Positions 43,877-53,279 of a stretch of 64,000 bases of DNA are shown here, piece after piece. A model generated the notes under the pieces. The model was not told the DNA's origin. It was given only the letters and a program-made list of their open reading frames with translations, and ran no database searches. Positions within the stretch are counted from its first letter, which is position 1, and every line of letters begins with the position of its first letter. This DNA comes from Schmidtea nova (lineage: Eukaryota). Location of the stretch: assembly GCA_044892505.1 (NCBI GenBank), contig CM097884.1, positions 135,284,001 through 135,348,000 on the forward strand. Reading direction: 5' to 3'. A program made the position numbers and the translations under genes.

Positions 43877-45289
43877 ATGAGAGCAGAAAGCGAAGCGGAT
43901 TACCAAACGATCGAGATTCTAAGAAGAGAAAATCGACAGTGGGGAGTAAATGTGACGTGTGTAAAGTGTAAAAATCTACTGTTAAAACCGAGGCAAACGG
44001 AATGTGGATGCAGGATGTGCACCAAATGTATATTGCAAATAATCAGTGAAAGTGAGACAAGAAAGTGTCCAGAGTGTGATGATAAACTACTGATCAACGA
44101 GACGAAACCAGACAAAGCAATACAAAAGGAGATCTGGAAGATAAAAACAGAGTGTATAAACCAACCATGTGAATGGAAAGGACCAATAATTGAGTTAAGA
44201 CAACATCTGGAGAAATGCGAAAACAAGAAAGCGATATGTGAAAAGTGTCAACAGACGATAACCATCAAGCAGTCGAAAAATCACAAAGATGAGTGCAAAG
44301 CAGAGATAATAGAGTGTCAATACTGCGAACAAAGAGAGACAAGAGAGATAATCGAAACAGAACATCTCAACGTAGCAGAAGAGAAAGTGTGTGGAAAATT
44401 CAGAGGAATTTGTCCAAGTAATTGTGGAACCGGAGAAGAAGTGATGTTGAGAGAACATTGGGAACAATGCGAATCAAGACCAAGAAAGTGCGTATGGAGT
44501 AAACAAGGATGTCTAGTAAAGAAAACGAGCAAAGAAATGAAAGAACATTTAGAAACAGAGACGGTACAACACGCAGAGATGCTAACAGAAAATTTAAACG
44601 GAATGGAACAAACCATACAGAAGCTGGGAAAAGAAATCGAATCTCAGAGGATAATGACGGAGTTATTACTAGAAACAAGAGAGCAATTCGAGGTCACCAG
44701 AGAGAAAATGATGGAGAAAATCAAAGTCATAGAGACGCTAGTAAGAGAAGTAAATGTACGACACCAAATGTGGGTGCGAGATGCAGAGGATATCGAGAAT
44801 TTACCTGTCGCACCATACGTATGGAAAATCAAGAACTTCAACGAAAAGTTCGCAGCAGCAAAAGCAGGAAGTCAAGTGTCGGTAACAAGTCCACCATTCT
44901 ATCTGTGGAAAAACGGATACAAAGTCCGGATGAGAATTTACCCAAATGGAGATGGATCAGGAAAGGAAACGCATGTGTCATTATTCTTTGCGTTGGGTAA
45001 AGGTGGTTACGACGACATATTAGAATGGCCACTAGAAACAAAGGCTATAATGAGAGTGAGAAACTCGAAAGAAACAATAGCGAGAGTATTCAAAATTGAT
45101 GGTAAGCACGAAGCTTACAAAAGACCAACCACAGAATGTTCATTAGCGACTGGAGAACCAAAATTCATACCACACCAAACAATGTGGGAGATGTTGTACG
45201 ACGACAACTTATATGTGGAGTTGGAGATCGAAAAGAAAACAAGTACAACAGTGATGAACACAAAGTCAACGAAAGGATGGTTAGAGTAG
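43877..45289 (+). CDS. Intronless TRAF-family protein (RING, TRAF zinc fingers, coiled coil, MATH; 470 aa)
   Basis: CVKC...PRQTECGCRMCTKC...CPEC; C...CEWKG...HLEKC; YVWKIKNF...SPPFY...GYK..MRIYPNGDGSGKETHVSLFF...YDDILEWP. Confidence 0.93.
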   Translation: MRAESEADYQTIEILRRENRQWGVNVTCVKCKNLLLKPRQTECGCRMCTKCILQIISESETRKCPECDDKLLINETKPDKAIQKEIWKIKTECINQPCEWKGPIIELRQHLEKCENKKAICEKCQQTITIKQSKNHKDECKAEIIECQYCEQRETREIIETEHLNVAEEKVCGKFRGICPSNCGTGEEVMLREHWEQCESRPRKCVWSKQGCLVKKTSKEMKEHLETETVQHAEMLTENLNGMEQTIQKLGKEIESQRIMTELLLETREQFEVTREKMMEKIKVIETLVREVNVRHQMWVRDAEDIENLPVAPYVWKIKNFNEKFAAAKAGSQVSVTSPPFYLWKNGYKVRMRIYPNGDGSGKETHVSLFFALGKGGYDDILEWPLETKAIMRVRNSKETIARVFKIDGKHEAYKRPTTECSLATGEPKFIPHQTMWEMLYDDNLYVELEIEKKTSTTVMNTKSTKGWLE

Positions 45290-45381
45290 TCAGAAGGAAC
45301 GACCCTGTAAATAAAGTGTAAAAAAAATCGACAACAACAATAAACGTATAGTATAACAAGTGTAAATTTGTAAATTACAGA

Positions 45382-46542
45382 ATGGAAAACGCAAATGAAC
45401 ATGTAATCGAAGATGAAACGAGAAACGAGATGGCGAACGAACGAGAAGCAATAGAAAGAGAAATCGAAAGTAGATGTAAAACGGAAGTGGAACAAAGAAC
45501 CAGAGAATTACACGAAGTGATGACAAACAATTTCTACGAGAAACTAAAATACGAGAGACGAATGGAGTTATATCAACTAGAACTCGAGGAAGTGAATAAA
45601 GAGATAGTACAACTGACAGCACAAAGAGAGAAGCTAAAAGGAACGAATTCACGAAGTCGACAGAAGATAGAAGAGACCTATCAGTTGATGAGGAAACAAG
45701 CAGAACATTATAAAAATATGATGAAAACGCGAAGAGAGGAGAGGGAGAAACAAGAGGAAAAGATGGAGGTAAAAATACTAGCAATCAAGGCTCAAGCGAG
45801 ACATTGGAAAATGGAGTCGAAACGAGTGTATAAAGAAGCCAAAGAGATAATCAGAAAGACAGCATACAGCGAAGATTGGAAATTGTATCAAGAGATAGAC
45901 GAATTGAAAGAGGAATTAGAACAGAGAAAGCGACAAGAACAGAGAAACAAAGAATGGAGTCGAAAACGGCAACGATTTATTCGAGAGCAAGCAAAGGAAC
46001 TAAAGAAAACGCAATGGCAAATGCAGATGATAAATGGAGAAATGCGAGGTATTAGACAGAAAGAGGAAGCGGAAAGACAAAAGTTGATCAGGGAAAAAGA
46101 AAGTCTGGAAAGAGATGTAAATGGTTATCAAGGGGTGGTGACCCAAAAGAAAATGGAGTTGAAAGCAGTGAAAGAAAGACATGCGGAATCAAACCGAGCT
46201 TACGAGGAAAACATAACGAACTTGACGAAAGAAAATGAAGAGCTGAAACAACAAATAATAACCCTGAAAGCAGAGAAAGAAACCATAGAAGTAGAAACCG
46301 AACCTACAGAAGTAGAAGCCCTGAAGAGAAAAGTGGAAGAGATGGAAAGACAAATTGAAACTCTGAGCGAACAATCAGATTACATGGAGTATCTGTTAGA
46401 TGAAGAGATACAAATCTCTCGAACGTATCAAGATGAAATTGCAATGTGGAGAAGCAGAGTGGTGTGGTTACCATTTATACCACCACCACCAATGGAGCTC
46501 CAAGATGAAGGGTTTCATGAACCAGAGGAGACGGATGTGTAA
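45382..46542 (+). CDS. Long charged coiled-coil protein (386 aa) with PPPP near the C-terminus
   Basis: E/K/R/Q-rich continuous heptads; co-oriented and intact. Confidence 0.7.
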   Translation: MENANEHVIEDETRNEMANEREAIEREIESRCKTEVEQRTRELHEVMTNNFYEKLKYERRMELYQLELEEVNKEIVQLTAQREKLKGTNSRSRQKIEETYQLMRKQAEHYKNMMKTRREEREKQEEKMEVKILAIKAQARHWKMESKRVYKEAKEIIRKTAYSEDWKLYQEIDELKEELEQRKRQEQRNKEWSRKRQRFIREQAKELKKTQWQMQMINGEMRGIRQKEEAERQKLIREKESLERDVNGYQGVVTQKKMELKAVKERHAESNRAYEENITNLTKENEELKQQIITLKAEKETIEVETEPTEVEALKRKVEEMERQIETLSEQSDYMEYLLDEEIQISRTYQDEIAMWRSRVVWLPFIPPPPMELQDEGFHEPEETDV

Positions 46543-46615
46543 AAAGAGGCGAAAAATCCGTGTGTAAAAATGTACAAATCGATGTAACAGGTATTAATCA
46601 GTAGAATAATCAGAA

Positions 46616-47140
46616 ATGAACTGGCTCAAAATCCTACCAATCCTAACGATTATGTTAACTACAACAACAATGAACTGTTCAACAACCGAAATCCAAAGAA
46701 CCCTGTCAAATGAGATATCCCAAGAGATTGAAAAACAACTAAACGAAGTCAGAGAAGACTTGAAACAATTAATACGACAAATGCGAATCAGTCATGATCA
46801 TCGCAAACCCTTGCAAACCCTATTCAATCAAATCGAGAAGATCCGAGAAATCCATAAAACCTTTCAAGATCACCTAAAGCCAATCAAAGGTCAAACCCAA
46901 ATCGAATCCGAAATCCGAAACAGATGGATCATCGTTGGAATAGTCACAATGACAATACTGACAATCATCTTGATCATAGGGATCACGTATACCCTGTACC
47001 GAATCAGAAGCCTCAAACAACAACAAATGATAATGTGTAGATGTGCCAAAAGAGAAGCGAAAACCCAACAGAGAATGAGAAGTCATCTACGACAAATTCA
47101 AGCCAGATACGAAATGCAGTCAACCAGTGAAAGGACCTGA
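46616..47140 (+). CDS. Small predicted type-I membrane protein (174 aa)
   Basis: Signal-like MNWLKILPILTIML; helical ectodomain; TM WIIVGIVTMTILTIILIIGITYTLY; basic tail with CRC. Confidence 0.7.
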   Translation: MNWLKILPILTIMLTTTTMNCSTTEIQRTLSNEISQEIEKQLNEVREDLKQLIRQMRISHDHRKPLQTLFNQIEKIREIHKTFQDHLKPIKGQTQIESEIRNRWIIVGIVTMTILTIILIIGITYTLYRIRSLKQQQMIMCRCAKREAKTQQRMRSHLRQIQARYEMQSTSERT

Positions 47141-47310
47141 AAATCGACCCCTATGAGCCAGAAACATTGAACTGTGTAACAATATAAACATGACAATGAC
47201 AACGTGTATGTGTAAAAATGTGTATAAAAGCTACCACCTTATGTGGTTTTGCATGTAAGTTCTGTCACGAACTTTTTATGTATGTTGATGTAGGTATATG
47301 CATGTAATTG

Positions 47311-47341
47311 CGGGACGCAATTTTAAGGGGACCCCGAGTGA
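47311..47341 (+). other. Atypical polypurine-tract region
   Basis: CGGGACGCAATTTTAAGGGGACCCCGAGTGA directly before the 3' LTR; the purine run is short (AAGGGGA). Confidence 0.4.
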
Positions 47342-48855
47342 TGTTGGGCTAGCAAGATCGAGCAGCATCTGGAAATAATATACAATCAATAAAATAAATT
47401 TACAACAGAATAACAACAAAATAAATTACCAACACCAAAGCGTAACAAATAAGCGGCAACATCTAAAAGAAATAACATATTAACCAAAACAGCAAAAATC
47501 TTCAAAACTCACTCATGCGAAGCAGAAAAAATTGGAATATGACAGCGCGTGGGCGGATGTCACCAAAGACCTAAAAACAAAAATAAAATAAAATAAATTG
47601 ATGACTAAGAAAAACTTACCGCATGATTAACCAAACAAATCGGCAAGTTAAGTTAGGCAGCAAAAAGCCGACAACATGAAAAAATGAAGCAAACATACAC
47701 ACATACTCGATGCTGATTGGCTAACCAACAACACCGGTTCAGTATAAATACTGAAGTCAAATCAGTATTTGACAATGCCATTTTTTACCAAGTGTAACTT
47801 GCAGTTGAGTACTGAGAACATTGTAAAACCAACTTGAAGGAAAATAAAAGGTAATTGTTGTGTGTTAGATTGTTTCTTTAAACCCTCATAATTATGATTG
47901 TTAACCATATTAAAATCAATAAGGTTTTCCGGAGGCCTAACAGCCTGACGGATTCTTGGGGCCTCTCAGCGCAACACAATCTTTCGGTTGTGAGGTGCTG
48001 ATGCGGCGGGACCATAGGTGTTCTAAATATTTAACAAGCGGAAGGGGGAAGGGCACATCGGATATCTCATGCCATCGTAACCTCAGTAGGGGTAGAAGCA
48101 ATTGAAGGACGTATCATCTGTCACGACAACATCGAGTACCTTGGTTTACGTAAAAGACGTGTTGATAGACACAAAGTGTCCAGCGTTCGTGAAGTCAAGT
48201 AGAGTAACGACAACTTTGTGCAGAGGGTAAGTATCATGATAAATTGAGCACTGACGATGATAGAGCTATACAACGCATGAGCCATGTGAGTCAGAGACCG
48301 ACAGTGCTAGGGTCAGAGGTAAACCATGAATCCACAGGATATCCCAACATATATGTACGCCTCTCGAAGGGTACGAAGGATAGACCCACGAAATGTAATG
48401 CAAGTACAATCTATACCCAATTAACCTGAATAAGGGGTCGATCGTGTTCCCCGGATGATGTGATTCTTGATAGTTGAACCTGAGGTATGGAGATAACACC
48501 TGAGGAGTGATTGAGCATGATTGTTGTAAAAAATAAACCAAAATGGTCTCTGAAATGATGATAGTCAAACATAATAAATGGTCAAGTAATCATCGTAGAT
48601 AAAAACAGACTGTCATAAACGGCACTGAATTATGCGTGGCCAAATCATATAAGTAAATTGATATAGCGAATACACTCACCCGCAATGACAATAACATACA
48701 TCCTACATAATATCTTGAACGTCGGACCGGTTCAACACTGAACCACCAACTGCAACCTACAGAGTTTCACCCTTGAGTCGAGTAGGTCAACGGTTATAAA
48801 TAATTGCGCGCACCCGACAAATTCATCACAATAACATATTCTTGTCTTCAGCAAT

Positions 48856-49491
48856 ATGATAAAGACCGAAGAATACCAAAGAAGTCTGAGCACCTCTCGA
48901 CAGATGAAAGTGGAAGATTATGTCGTCCGGAAACCGCGACGCATCCGTTCCGTCGTCCGGCCAAGGAGGATCCCTACCATCGATGGAGAAATGGAAGCCC
49001 CACGCAGAATTAGCGAAACTGCGCGTCGACATCTACGTCGGTGGACAAGACACCATATGAGTGCAGCCGCAGGTATTCCGGCTTGCACCTTCACGATACA
49101 ATTACGATGGGAAGGAGACCCCGATTGGATGTCCACCATGGACCCTGCCGAACCAAGGACCGATAGGTGGTTCTTCCAATTCCTCGACGGACAGAGACGA
49201 CCCCGCTGGGTGTTGAGCAATGAAATGATGACGGGAAGGGCTCTATTTCAATTAGGGTACATGCTGCTAGACAGGCCTCGGTGTCGCTACACTGAGGAAG
49301 TCTTCGCTTATTCCAACGCACCAGGAAGTGTTTCCGTGGAACAACACCCCGAGCCCAAGGAGCTTCGCCTCTGGGAGGTGTTTATCTACAAAGATAAGCT
49401 GAGTTGGGACCCAGCCCCAGAAATGTATTGGGAGAATGGAATTCGCCGCGACGAGCATCCTGCCGATCAGGAATTGAGGACATTCAGTTGA
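48856..49491 (+). CDS. LTR ORF1, 3' LTR copy
   Basis: Translation identical to 22655-23290. Confidence 0.75.
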   Translation: MIKTEEYQRSLSTSRQMKVEDYVVRKPRRIRSVVRPRRIPTIDGEMEAPRRISETARRHLRRWTRHHMSAAAGIPACTFTIQLRWEGDPDWMSTMDPAEPRTDRWFFQFLDGQRRPRWVLSNEMMTGRALFQLGYMLLDRPRCRYTEEVFAYSNAPGSVSVEQHPEPKELRLWEVFIYKDKLSWDPAPEMYWENGIRRDEHPADQELRTFS

Positions 49492-49640
49492 TTGATGCAG
49501 CCGAGAAAGAATGATTGTCTTAGATATAGAAATATATGTATTGGAGTGCGACGGTCTTGTTTTGTTTTGAGTGCATGAGAACAACCTAAGGATAAGGTAG
49601 AGTTGTGTAATGACGATAGGATGACCGAAAGATCAGACAC

Positions 49641-50240
49641 ATGACATATACTGCCATTAATGATATATTTACAGACATGACGGAAACCAAGGGCAGAGAT
49701 TTCAAGCAAGAGGCGCGAGAACACAAGGCGCGCTCACGAGTCCTGGAGAGTCGATTAAGGCAGCTGAATGAGGAGCATCAGCGGGTTAAAACGACATGGT
49801 TTAGCCCAGAGCGGGTTAAGTCCATCCTGCAGGCTAGATACAGGGCGGAACGAGTAGCTGAGGAACATGCCAGAGAGATTGCAGCCCTGAAGCTGGAGTT
49901 GGCGAATTATTTGAAGGTGTCGACTCGAGACTTCATCACCGAACAATTGCGCCCCGTGATCCGAGCGAGCACCTTTAATCGATGGATAGATACGATAGCG
50001 GTAACTACGAGTACCCAAACAGAAACCGATACCATCGCAACCACGACGATCGAATCAACAACGAAAACTCCAGCCGGTTCAAAACGAACGAAGAGGAGGA
50101 ATCGCTTAGGAGCGAAAAAGCGCAGGGAAAGACGCGCATATGCAGATCGCGTAGGAATAGAGGTAGACTTGCTCAGTGGTCTATCTGAGCAAGAACTACT
50201 AAATGTAATTCGACCCTCTGTATTGGTGAACTATAAATAA
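49641..50240 (+). CDS. LTR ORF2, 3' LTR copy
   Basis: Translation identical to 23440-24039. Confidence 0.8.
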   Translation: MTYTAINDIFTDMTETKGRDFKQEAREHKARSRVLESRLRQLNEEHQRVKTTWFSPERVKSILQARYRAERVAEEHAREIAALKLELANYLKVSTRDFITEQLRPVIRASTFNRWIDTIAVTTSTQTETDTIATTTIESTTKTPAGSKRTKRRNRLGAKKRRERRAYADRVGIEVDLLSGLSEQELLNVIRPSVLVNYK

Positions 50241-50624
50241 ATGTATATAAATGAATGACTTGATTTACCTTGTTTGTTTGATGCATGTATAAGAAGTAAA
50301 AGTAACAAAAACCCTGGTTCATTTAAATTGCAGATATCTAAAAAGTAAATTACCCTAGAGCAAAGTAAGGAGCATAAGTGGGACCGAAAGAAAGCCACAG
50401 ACACCTTCTATCGGTAGTGGTGGACCCGTGAATAAACAAGGGAATAGTAGCCGAAAGGTTGCTCACCTGCCTTGTCATTTCACAACGTTGACACAGCACC
50501 AACATGATGAGTAGTTAGGGATACATCATGGGTGTCAGCGGGGGAATGTTTTTATGTTGGCGAGATCACCCTAACATATAAAATCATAATGATCTCAGTT
50601 GTCAATCTAACCAACACACCAGCA

Positions 50625-51373
50625 AGATGCTCCTCTAAGAAAAACAGAAAAACGAAGACAATATGTAAAAAATGTTATAAATTTATTTGTAAACAACACA
50701 TTGCGATGTTTGTGAATCCAAAATATTCGAACTTTCTGATTAAATTTTTATGTTAGTTTTTCTGAACTAATAACTAAGGCACAGTAGAGTTTAATTTGTA
50801 ATAATGTGTTAATAAATATAAAAATTTTTAAAAAAAACTATAAGAAGCTGATATCGCAGCAGCTAATATACCAAGGTTAAGTATCGCACGTAAATGGTGT
50901 CAAACAGGACAGTGTAATAATAATAAGACCACGACTATTTGTAATATATGCAAAAAATATGTATGTGGAAAATGTACACAAAGCAAAATGTACGTATGTA
51001 AAAATTGTGTCAAATTCAATACTGCTACTCCTTTATAGGTTTCTGATTCAGAATTAAAATAAAATTTCGAATTGGTGTTTATGTTTCAGGATTATGTTAT
51101 AGGTACTCTTTATTATAATGTATAGTACAAAAAAAATTTGTTAGTTATGTTACATTGTGAATTAATTAATTTATGTTTGAGAATTTGAATATTATTAACT
51201 AATAAATGAATTTATAATTAATAAATAATATTACAATTTAACCTATAATTGAAATAATTTATCATTTTTTAAAAATATATAGACGGAAGTGACACAGTCC
51301 ATTTTTTCTAAGACCAGTCATTTTGACTGGTGTCGGTAAATATAGGTAAGTCAAATTGTCGGTATATCTAGTG
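50625..51373 (+). mobile_element. piggyBac remnant, right part with terminal repeat
   Basis: Cys-rich domain ...CSSKKNRKTKTICKKCYKFICKQH; second Cys-rich domain RKWCQTGQC..KTTTICNICKKYVCGKC near 50890; end ACCAGTCATTTTGACTGG...CTAGTG followed by TTAA (51374). Confidence 0.7.
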
Positions 51374-51632
51374 TTAAGCAAGTACTTAAGTCATTTTTAT
51401 CTAGATAACATCATTTTCTGCATTTGTAATAAGGCTTATATAATTTGGTCAAAATGACCGAACCGCGACCGCTCTCGTAAAATTTCAATGCGCGACCAAT
51501 CCGGGATAAGAATCATTACCACCCTTTTCTGATCTTAACCTTATCACAATCAAACTGTTCCTATATAGACAATCCCAATAAAAATTACCGAATATTATAA
51601 GATTTCAAAAAAAGAAAGAACCATTTATTTAA

Positions 51633-52474
51633 CTACACAAGCCATTTAGTCCACAAATCGTAATAATTTCTAACCGACTGACAATCGTCACAATATAAAA
51701 GACAACAATTGAACTGAGAATAAAACTGTTTTGCTAAAGAAATAAATTCGCTTTCTAAGTCTGTCAAAAGAAAGGAAAACTTCACAATCGGATAAATCAA
51801 ACTAACACGCCTCATTACCCATTTAAGACAAATGTGTTTGAATTTCAAACATCCAGGAATTGTTGCAAGTGCTTGATTAAAAGTTTGAAAAAATGAAAAT
51901 ATTCCTTCTGAATCTTTTAACGGTTCCAGTAAATTCAAAACCCAATCAAAGTAATTTAAAAAATCATATGTCACACAGAATCGAACGAATTCAATTTGAA
52001 TATGATTATTATTTCCCAGTATTAGCGCAATGCTACCGAAGCATTTTCCAGCTAGTTTAACAGGAAAATATTTCAGCTGTTCCCGGAAAACAACTGCTAC
52101 TAAGCTGATATTGAAATCAACCGGGAATCGAGAATAGACAAGAAATTCCTGACAATAGAAAACTATCAAATGGATATCAGAGGATGTGATGAAATCGAGA
52201 GGAATTATATCAAAAACTTTTTGCCATAATTCCAACCCAATCTTTTTTTTGATCGCTTGATCCGATGAGAGAGAAAGCAAGAATTTGAGAAACTTTTCCA
52301 AGAATTCTTTCCAATTGATAAACGTAGTCAAAATATCGCGGTTCGAAATTTTCATAGACATAAAGCTTTCAAAGAGTTTATCGACAATGTAAAATGAACA
52401 AGGTATTCTATTCTCATGGAAGATGACGATAAGTTCCAATAAACAGATCAACAAGCTGACATAATCACAATCCT
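51633..52474 (-). CDS. Possible terminal exon of a host gene (unknown, predicted helical protein)
   Basis: Over 270 open codons in very AT-rich DNA; acceptor-like CTTGTGTTCAG at ~52475; ends in TAG; no homology recognised. Confidence 0.45.
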
Positions 52475-53279
52475 GAACACAAGATTTTTGAAAGATCTAA
52501 ATGTTAGTGTCAATAATTTAGCGAGATATCTAATGAATCACATCAATTGTTTCGGAATAAAACAAATTCAAATCGACTTCTTGATTAACAACAAATATGA
52601 GCTTCTGAAAATGATAATTAGATAAGGTTCGGCCCCAAATAAATCAAACAAAATTATAAATCATTACTTTTATAAATATATTATCCAAATTAAGGGGAAT
52701 AAAAGAACATTTATTTCAACACTCAAAAAATCACGAAATTTCGTAAAAACCAAGACAAACTAAAATATGAGCAGATTGATATGTAAGACGATATAAAATA
52801 TTTATATTGTGAGAAGTTGTTTTAAGAAAATTTACTGATAAACGGAACAAAATTATTTTATATATGTATTATATGCATTTCTGGTGATGAAATTGATTAT
52901 TTAAATAAATTTAAAACTCTAACAGTACCAATGTGATCATTCAAATTACCGTTTTCTGAGGATTTATGTAAATTTTAGAAGATCTATTTTAAAAAATATT
53001 GTTAAAATAATTATTAAGTCTTGTAAAGTTCAGGAAATGTTCAGTAATAAATTTGTGACGACATTTGGTCTGTGTCCTAATCTCGTATATCGCTTAACTT
53101 GTAATGGGTGTAATGCCATATACATTGGAGACTGTCTGACATCTCTGAACATGATGTCAAGAGTATTCCAGAAATAGAGGAAAGTAATATTATTGAGCAA
53201 AATAAGCTCAATACATACAATATGCAATATCTACATGCATGCTGAGTTTTTAGTTAATTTTACTAGTGTAAATAAAAGT

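Larger units (their letters stand above)
21141..50624 (+). mobile_element. Giant full-length Ty3/Gypsy-type LTR retroelement with env-like glycoprotein (29,484 bp)
   Basis: Collinear 3,283-bp LTRs (offset 26,201) with TG...CA ends; TSD AGAT (21137-21140, 50625-50628); PBS; gag; PR-RT-RH-IN order. Confidence 0.97.
47342..50624 (+). repeat. 3' LTR (3,283 bp)
   Basis: Collinear with the 5' LTR without net indel; one visible mismatch at LTR position 13 (C at 21153, A at 47354). Confidence 0.97.

Noticed and set aside
43877-45289. Host TRAF locus
   Set aside because: Intronless, inside the LTR/TSD boundaries, co-oriented with the element and sharing its A-rich codon usage
29688-47086. Many minus-strand Phe/Leu/Ser/Ile-rich ORFs
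   Set aside because: Expected shadow frames of an A-rich, stop-poor plus-strand coding region; no motifs
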